Origin: Candidatus Shapirobacteria bacterium GW2011_GWF2_37_20
GTDB lineage: Bacteria > Patescibacteriota > Microgenomatia > UBA12405
Direction of reading: 5' to 3'
Length of the DNA stretch: 64,000 nucleotides
Assembly (NCBI GenBank): GCA_000989305.1
Contig: LBTB01000004.1
Location: forward strand, 12,897 to 76,896
In this document: piece by piece, positions 58,190 to 64,000 of the stretch
Layout: every line of letters starts with the position of its first letter
How positions within the stretch are numbered: position 1 is the first letter of the stretch
Program-made: the position numbers and the translations under genes
The notes under the pieces: generated by a model
What the model was told of the DNA's origin: nothing
Database searches by the model: none
What the model saw: the letters and a program-made list of their open reading frames with translations, nothing else

Positions 58190-59068
58190 TTATAGACTAG
58201 GAAATTTGGTAGTAAAAAGAAAGCGTTGGGTGGCATTATTGTCTGCATTTGGGTCGATGTAGATGGGCATTTTGGCGTTTACATCGGTGCGAGGAACAAA
58301 ATAAGTGATATTGGGCGTGGTAATAGTTTCTTTAGCTAGACCAAATTTTCTGATAACGATGTCTGCCAGGTTGGCGAGTTTTATCCCCAATCTGTAATCA
58401 GGATTTATCAGATGTTGGAGACGATTAGGATTCTCGGGCTGGTCAATAAAACTTTCAATAGAGTTGAGGAGGTCGGGTAAATAAATTGGAAAACGACCTC
58501 CATTAATTTTGATTCCGGCGTATTGGTAGTCGTTGATTAATTTTACAAAACCCAGATCGGGGTGGAGGACGAGATCGGTTCTGATAGTGAGATGTTTACC
58601 AGAAGATTGTGAAAGAATATTTTCAGCTCCAACTTTTGTTTGCCCATAAACAGAATCAGCTTTTGGATTGGTGGGGGTATCTTCATCACATTTCCCGCCA
58701 TCGGTATAAGCTGAAAAGACGGCAATTGAGCTGGGATAGAAATAGGGAATATTGTTGTCAAGAGCAAGGCGAAAAGTATTTTCAGTTCCACCGACATTGG
58801 TGCGGTGGGCTTTTTCGGGATTGTTATTACATAGTCCCTGTTGAGCCATCCCGGCAAAATTTAAAATATAATCGGGCTTTGATTTACCAACGACTCTTCT
58901 GATACTTTCTGGGTTGCAAATGTCACAGTGGAGGAGGTCGGGCTGGTCATGGTTGAAAAAGGTGCCGGTGAGATTATATTTATTATCACGGTTTAGATTT
59001 TTGAAGACTGCATTACCGACGCCACCCGAAGCTCCTAAAATAAGAATGTTTGGTTTCTCTTGACTCAT
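58190..59068 (-). CDS. NAD-dependent epimerase/dehydratase (SDR family)
   Basis: ILILGASGGVGNAV Rossmann motif. YxxxK-like region. Confidence 0.7.
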   Translation of the reverse strand: MSQEKPNILILGASGGVGNAVFKNLNRDNKYNLTGTFFNHDQPDLLHCDICNPESIRRVVGKSKPDYILNFAGMAQQGLCNNNPEKAHRTNVGGTENTFRLALDNNIPYFYPSSIAVFSAYTDGGKCDEDTPTNPKADSVYGQTKVGAENILSQSSGKHLTIRTDLVLHPDLGFVKLINDYQYAGIKINGGRFPIYLPDLLNSIESFIDQPENPNRLQHLINPDYRLGIKLANLADIVIRKFGLAKETITTPNITYFVPRTDVNAKMPIYIDPNADNNATQRFLFTTKFPSL

Positions 59069-59083
59069 TGAGCGGATTCTATC

Positions 59084-59680
59084 ATGTTTTTTAGCAAAAT
59101 GATAAAATTAGCCATGAGATCAGAAATAGTGATGTTTCCTAATAAGATTCTTCGAGCTAAGACAAAGAGGATAGAAAGGGTTGATGAAAAATTACTTGAA
59201 GAAATTAGAAAACTGAAAAAAATTTTGGAGGAATCAGAGAATGGGGCTGGTTTGGCGGCGACGCAAATTGGAATCTCCAAAAGTTTTTTGGGGATTAAAG
59301 ATAAAGGCGAAGTGAAAATTTTGATTAATCCAATAATGGAAGCAAGTTTTGGGGAAAAAGTATATCCAAAAATTATAAGTGAAGGAGGGGGTGAGAGTGA
59401 TTTTTTAGAGGGATGTCTGTCTTTTCCTGACCTATATGGAACGGTGAAAAGGTTTTTGAAAATAAAAGTTAGCTGGGAAGAGATAAGAAATAAGAAACTA
59501 GAAACTAGACACGAGACATTGGAGGGGTTTGAGGCGATTGTGTGGCAACATGAAGAAGATCATTTGAGAGGAGTTTTGTTTGTGGATCATATAAAAGAAG
59601 AAGGTGGTAAGTTTTATTATTGGAAAGATAAGGAAAAAATAAAGGTAGATGTTAACGAGATTTTGGTAAAAGAGAAGTAA
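59084..59680 (+). CDS. def: Peptide deformylase
   Basis: GLAATQIG, EGCLSFP and QHEEDHLRG (HExxH) motifs. Confidence 0.9.
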   Translation: MFFSKMIKLAMRSEIVMFPNKILRAKTKRIERVDEKLLEEIRKLKKILEESENGAGLAATQIGISKSFLGIKDKGEVKILINPIMEASFGEKVYPKIISEGGGESDFLEGCLSFPDLYGTVKRFLKIKVSWEEIRNKKLETRHETLEGFEAIVWQHEEDHLRGVLFVDHIKEEGGKFYYWKDKEKIKVDVNEILVKEK

Positions 59681-61586
59681 TTTTGTCAAGATAATTTTGA
59701 GCGTCGAGATTGGTGGGAGCGTAAATTAAGGTAGTTTCAAAATATTTTTTGGCTTCAGAGTAGTTTTTTTGACTAAAATAGATTTCACCTAAAGCAAAGA
59801 GAGTGTGATCGTAATTTGATTTTAAGAACAGAGCTTGTTGATAGTTTTTAATAGCCAGATCCTGTTTGTCGGCGGCCTCGTAGAATTTTCCTAACAGAAA
59901 ATAAGTTTTGGCATCAGTTGGAGCCAGACGGGTACATTTTTCCAGTGCGTCGATGGCGTAGTTAAAATATTTAGGATCGACAAGAGAGAGAAAAGAAAAA
60001 ACTTGAGCTCTTTCTTTCCAGAGATTGGTTGAAGCCGGAGAGAGTGAAATAGCCAAATTTGATTGACTAAGAGCTAATTCAGGTTGATTTAATTTGGCGG
60101 CAATCAAAGAAGCTTGACTTCGGTAGACTGCTTCCTGGGGACGAAGATAGAGGGCAACATTAATAAAGTCTTGAGCGGTGATGTTTTGTTGGCGGTTAAG
60201 CGAGTTAAGGGACTGATTGTAGGCAAGATCAGCAGTAAAAAAAGAGGAAAGTTTTATAAAGGCAAAAAGAAAGAGGGTGACTATCGGCAAATATAGTAAT
60301 TTATTTTTTGGTTTTTGGTCTGTTTTTACAGGAAGCACAGTTAAGGCAAAGGCTGGGAGAAGAAAAAAGAAAAGTGAAGTGATAACGACAGAAAAACCAG
60401 CGAAATTGGTGATTAATATAGAGACAAAGGAGACAAAGACAACAGGATTAATGAAAGTAATAGTGAGGATAGTAATAATTAAGAAGAGATAACTTAGAAA
60501 GCCGAAGCTACCGGTGGTGGCCAGATAATTTAAATATTCGTTGTGAGCTTTGTTGTAGAGAAAATCCCATTCGGAAGTGAGGTTGTGAGAGGCGGGACGG
60601 GTCCAATAATAAGAGTAGGCAAAGGTTTCGGGACCGGTGCCAAAGAGGGGAAAGCGCTTCCACAAATCGAGAGAGCCGGTCCAAACAATTTTGCGGAGGT
60701 CTTCACTGGGAGTAATGTTAAGTGTGGTATTTTGATCTATTGATGAAGAAATTTTTTGAGGAAAAAGATAGTCTTTGATAGGGTTATTTATAGATAGGGA
60801 AAGAATAACAAAAATAAAAATTATCAGTGAAACTCCCCGACCCTCCCTTGTGAAAAGGAGACTATTTTTATTCTTGAAGTTATTTATGAAATACAAAATA
60901 AAATATATAACAATGGTGATTATGGCGGCGATGATACCTGATTTAGATTTGGTAAAAAGAAGGCAGAGATAGAGGTTGGAGACGAGAAATAGAAAGAGGA
61001 AAGATTTTAGAGAAAAGATTTTAGATTTTAGAAATTTATCAAGTGCAAAAGGAAGAAGAATACAGAGGTAGGCGGCAAGCCAATTTGGTTGGCCCAGAGT
61101 GGAAAATACTCTGGATTGGACATCCTGAACCCACATGTTTTTGTCAACTCCGAAGTGTTCTAAAATCCCGAAAGTAGAAACTAGAAAACCAGAAATGAGA
61201 AAAATGTTTATTGTTTTGTCGCGAAACTTTTGAGTTAGATACAGAGGAAGTATTAGGAAAAGCAGAGAATAAGAACCAAAGGAGAGAAGGCCGCCATTAA
61301 GCCGGGAATAGTAACCAAAAATGGAGGTGTGGGGATCGACTGAAAAGAAAGTAGAGATTAGTTGACTAGAGAAGAAGATAAGAAGAGGAATAGATAGTTT
61401 GTTTTTAGAAAATAAAGGAGTTTCACCCCTGATCCAATTAAGAAAATGAAAAAGGACGATGAAGATAGTTGTGAAATAGACAAAATACATTTTTGGAACT
61501 TCAAAAAGCTCCGAGGTGAGCGAAGTGAAGATTAGTGGGGTGAAAAAAAATAGGGAGAGATATAAAAATTGAATGATTGAGGTCAC
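59652..61586 (-). CDS. O-antigen ligase (Wzy_C)-like polytopic membrane protein with C-terminal TPR repeats
   Basis: About 12 TM helices, then TPR-like repeats (YFLLGKFYEAADKQDLAIKNYQQALFLKSNY...). Confidence 0.65.
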   Translation of the reverse strand: MTSIIQFLYLSLFFFTPLIFTSLTSELFEVPKMYFVYFTTIFIVLFHFLNWIRGETPLFSKNKLSIPLLIFFSSQLISTFFSVDPHTSIFGYYSRLNGGLLSFGSYSLLFLILPLYLTQKFRDKTINIFLISGFLVSTFGILEHFGVDKNMWVQDVQSRVFSTLGQPNWLAAYLCILLPFALDKFLKSKIFSLKSFLFLFLVSNLYLCLLFTKSKSGIIAAIITIVIYFILYFINNFKNKNSLLFTREGRGVSLIIFIFVILSLSINNPIKDYLFPQKISSSIDQNTTLNITPSEDLRKIVWTGSLDLWKRFPLFGTGPETFAYSYYWTRPASHNLTSEWDFLYNKAHNEYLNYLATTGSFGFLSYLFLIITILTITFINPVVFVSFVSILITNFAGFSVVITSLFFFLLPAFALTVLPVKTDQKPKNKLLYLPIVTLFLFAFIKLSSFFTADLAYNQSLNSLNRQQNITAQDFINVALYLRPQEAVYRSQASLIAAKLNQPELALSQSNLAISLSPASTNLWKERAQVFSFLSLVDPKYFNYAIDALEKCTRLAPTDAKTYFLLGKFYEAADKQDLAIKNYQQALFLKSNYDHTLFALGEIYFSQKNYSEAKKYFETTLIYAPTNLDAQNYLDKITSLLPKSR

Positions 61587-61621
61587 GTGTTTATTTTAAC
61601 AGCAATTGCTATACTGATGGA

Positions 61622-62656
61622 GTGAAATGGTGGACAAAATTTATAGCTAATTTTTATTGGGAGGTGGGGGTTGATTTGGGAAGCAGTAGTGTGAAAATTT
61701 ATGTAAAAGGTAAGGGAATAATCGTTGATGAGCCTTCAATGGTGGCCAGATTAAAAAAGAAAAAGAACGGAATCCATAAATTGTTAATTTATGGGCAAAG
61801 AGCTAAGGAAATGGTTAACAGAGAACCAAAACAGATTGAAGTGGTGGCACCGATTAACCATGGAGTGATAGCTGATTTGATAACGGCTGAGGCTCTGGTG
61901 GCATATTTTATGAAACTGACAAATGAAATACCCAGTACTTATCCAAAATTTCTCAAGCCACGGGTGATTGTTGGAGTGCCAGGGACAATTAGTAATGTTC
62001 AAAAAAGGGCATTTAGAGCCATATTTTCTCAAGTGGGAGTGTCAAAGATTGTATTAGTGGAAAGTGGAGTGTTGGGAGTTTTGGGTAGTGGTTTTAAGCT
62101 AGACGAAAGCGGAGGGGTGTTGTTTTTAGATATTGGAGGAGGAAAAACTGAGGCGAGCTTAGTGTCAATGGGAGGAATAGTAATTAGTCGGGGTTTGGAA
62201 ATGGGAGGAAATGATTTTGATGAATCGATAATCAATTACGTAAAAATGAAATATGGCCTATTGATTGGAAATAATACAGCAGAAAAAGTTAAAATTGATA
62301 TGGGGGGGGTAATAAGGGGGCGTGATTTAGAAAGCAACTTACCTAAAAGCATAAGATTAAGAAATGAAGAAATTAGGGAAGCAACGGCTCTGAATGTTAA
62401 AAGAATTGTTAATTTAGTTAAGGTGGTTTTGGACGAAATGCCAACTGAGATGACAGACGATGTATTGAAGAGAGGGGTGATAATGTCTGGAGGAGGAGCA
62501 CAATTTTTGGGAATTGATAAACTGATTGAAGAGGAAATAAAAATAAATGCAGTAATAGTGTCAAATCCGACTTACGGGGTAGTAAAAGGGGAGGGGGAAT
62601 TATTGGAAAATGATGATTGGTTTCAAAAAATTAAATTAATTTCAAGCATGAACTAA
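61622..62656 (+). CDS. MreB/Mbl-family actin homologue (second copy)
   Basis: VGVDLGSSSVKIYV, EPSMVA and DIGGGKTE motifs. Start uncertain: TTG at 61577 or GTG at 61622. Confidence 0.75.
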   Translation: MKWWTKFIANFYWEVGVDLGSSSVKIYVKGKGIIVDEPSMVARLKKKKNGIHKLLIYGQRAKEMVNREPKQIEVVAPINHGVIADLITAEALVAYFMKLTNEIPSTYPKFLKPRVIVGVPGTISNVQKRAFRAIFSQVGVSKIVLVESGVLGVLGSGFKLDESGGVLFLDIGGGKTEASLVSMGGIVISRGLEMGGNDFDESIINYVKMKYGLLIGNNTAEKVKIDMGGVIRGRDLESNLPKSIRLRNEEIREATALNVKRIVNLVKVVLDEMPTEMTDDVLKRGVIMSGGGAQFLGIDKLIEEEIKINAVIVSNPTYGVVKGEGELLENDDWFQKIKLISSMN

Positions 62657-62657
62657 G

Positions 62658-64000
62658 ATGAAATATTGGTGGTTGCAGGCGGCACTGGTTTTAAGTTTTG
62701 GAATTTTATTGGTGACAGTAATTAAATTAAATTTAATTAAAGGACAATATTATCGTGAAATGTCGCTGAATAATCGGGTAACAAAGATGGTAATCCCGGC
62801 GCCAAGGGGAGTGATATTGGATAGAAAAGGGAGAACGGTGGCAGATAATATTGATTTTGACGGAACAATAAAACGCTTTTATCCTTATGGAGCGGCTACG
62901 GCAAACATTACTGGATACCTGGGGAGTGTAAATCAAGAAGAATTAAAAAATGGTAAATGTGGTCGTAATTTACAAAACCAAAGCGTGGTGGGAAGGTCGG
63001 GAATTGAGAGTGTACTAGACTGTGATCTGATTGGGGTTGATGGTTATAAATTGGTAGAAGTGGACGCGAAGGGGAAAAATAATAGAGACTTGGGACAGCT
63101 CGAGCCGGAAAAGGGAAGAGATGTCACTTTGAGTATTGATGCCTATTGGCAGGACAAGATTTATAAAATGCTTGATGGGAAAAAGGCAGTGGTAATAATA
63201 AGCGAACCCAACACTGGGAAAATATTAGTTTTGGTGTCTTCGCCGAGCTATGATGCCAATAATTTTAATTATAGTTATGACAAAGAGACGATTAGGTCAT
63301 ATTTAGAGGATACTCAAAATTTACCAATGATGAATCGGACAATTGGAGCTAAATATCATCCTGGAAGTGTGTTTAAACCGATTGAGGCGCTAGGAGCATT
63401 GGAGGATGGGATAATTGACGAAAATACTTTATTTGAGGACACTGGAGTGATTAAAATTGGAGATTATTCTTTTAATAATTGGTTGTGGACCAAGAGTCAT
63501 ACCACTGATGGTATGGTAAATGTGGTAAAAGCTCTAAAGAGGTCAAATGACATTTTTTTCTATAAGTTGGGAGAGGCAATGGGGGTAGATAAAATTGGAT
63601 ATTGGGCAAAAAAATTTGGCTTGGGAACAGCAACGGGAATAGAATTACCAGGGGAGTTATCCGGCTTGGTCCCAGACGATAAGTGGAAGAGAGAAAACAT
63701 GGGAGAGAGATGGTATTTGGGAGATACCTATCATTTGGCCATCGGACAGGGTAATTTAACAGTGACTCCGTTACAGATTAACCAAATGACAAATATCTTG
63801 GCGAGTAGAGGGCAAAAATGTGAGATGAGTATTTTAAAGGACGGGACAAGTAAGTGTAGTGAAATAAATGCGAAAGAGAAGAATTGGAACTTGGTGATCG
63901 AGGGAATGAAAGAAGCGTGCAAGAGTGGAGGGACGGCTTGGCCGCTTTTCAATTTTAAAACTGAGATTGCCTGTAAAACGGGAACAGCGGAATTAGGTGA
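62658..64000 (+). CDS. mrdA: Penicillin-binding protein 2 (elongasome transpeptidase), N-terminal 447 aa; 3' end outside the window
   Basis: N-terminal TM helix, SVFK (SxxK), SND and KTGTAE motifs. Open to the window edge, so absent from the track. Confidence 0.85.
   Translation, partial: MKYWWLQAALVLSFGILLVTVIKLNLIKGQYYREMSLNNRVTKMVIPAPRGVILDRKGRTVADNIDFDGTIKRFYPYGAATANITGYLGSVNQEELKNGKCGRNLQNQSVVGRSGIESVLDCDLIGVDGYKLVEVDAKGKNNRDLGQLEPEKGRDVTLSIDAYWQDKIYKMLDGKKAVVIISEPNTGKILVLVSSPSYDANNFNYSYDKETIRSYLEDTQNLPMMNRTIGAKYHPGSVFKPIEALGALEDGIIDENTLFEDTGVIKIGDYSFNNWLWTKSHTTDGMVNVVKALKRSNDIFFYKLGEAMGVDKIGYWAKKFGLGTATGIELPGELSGLVPDDKWKRENMGERWYLGDTYHLAIGQGNLTVTPLQINQMTNILASRGQKCEMSILKDGTSKCSEINAKEKNWNLVIEGMKEACKSGGTAWPLFNFKTEIACKTGTAELG

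Noticed and set aside
1-64000. TGA recoded as a sense codon, as in some CPR lineages
   Set aside because: Many long ORFs (up to 880 aa) stay open under the standard code. Conserved genes terminate at TGA as well as TAA/TAG at expected positions.
1-64000. CRISPR array or cas genes
   Set aside because: No regularly spaced 25-40 bp direct repeats were seen. The only exact tandem repeat is the 36-bp duplication inside the K-rich peptide gene.

Overview
This 64 kb window is AT-rich, gene-dense and free of insertion sequences. It looks like a reduced-genome bacterium of the CPR/Patescibacteria type; that assignment rests on gene content only. Standard genetic code applies: long ORFs run through TGA-free frames and genes end in TAA, TAG or TGA.

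Supported housekeeping content:
- Partial leuS.
- Seven tRNAs: Arg-CCT, Pro-CGG, Ala-GGC, Trp-CCA, Ser-TGA, Thr-GGT and Thr-TGT.
- Two mreB homologues and a partial PBP2 (mrdA).
- murB, a Mur ligase and ddl.
- A frame-interrupted ruvC, a RelA/SpoT-domain gene, ruvA and ruvB.
- A split ribosomal cluster: secE-nusG-rplK-rplA, then about 4 kb of unrelated genes, then rplJ and a frame-interrupted rplL.
- nrdR, class II nrdJ and a PduO-type adenosyltransferase.
- prs, thyX, a putative kinase and glyA.
- A glycosyltransferase block (GT-C, GT2, galU).
- sufC, sufB, a short sufD, sufS and sufU.
- rpmG and rpmB, both absent from the ORF track.
- fmt, def, hpf, an Rrf2 regulator and an M50 protease.

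Items worth a second look:
- Four independent frame discontinuities, all needing the same -1 (one-nucleotide insertion) correction: ruvC, rplL and both tandem GT28/MGDG-synthase-like paralogues. In the GT28 pair the downstream frame shows signs of purifying selection.
- A GC-rich island of about 220 nt between rpmG and a radical-SAM/SPASM gene. It is either an unidentified structured RNA or a Cys-containing RiPP-like precursor ORF.
- A small alarmone synthetase-like protein with an extra C-terminal domain, embedded in ruvCAB.
- A 173-codon ORF that lacks any ATG, GTG or TTG start.
- Tandem alpha/beta-hydrolase-fold paralogues after tRNA-Trp; the second copy has lost the nucleophile serine.
- A GC-rich membrane-protein gene, apparently acquired, with a long structured leader.
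- A 39-aa lysine-rich tandem-repeat peptide behind a strong RBS.
- An excisionase-type HTH gene of anomalous composition with no integrase nearby.
- Two promoters that share a TTGACAGACA -35 motif.
- Apparent leaderless promoters.
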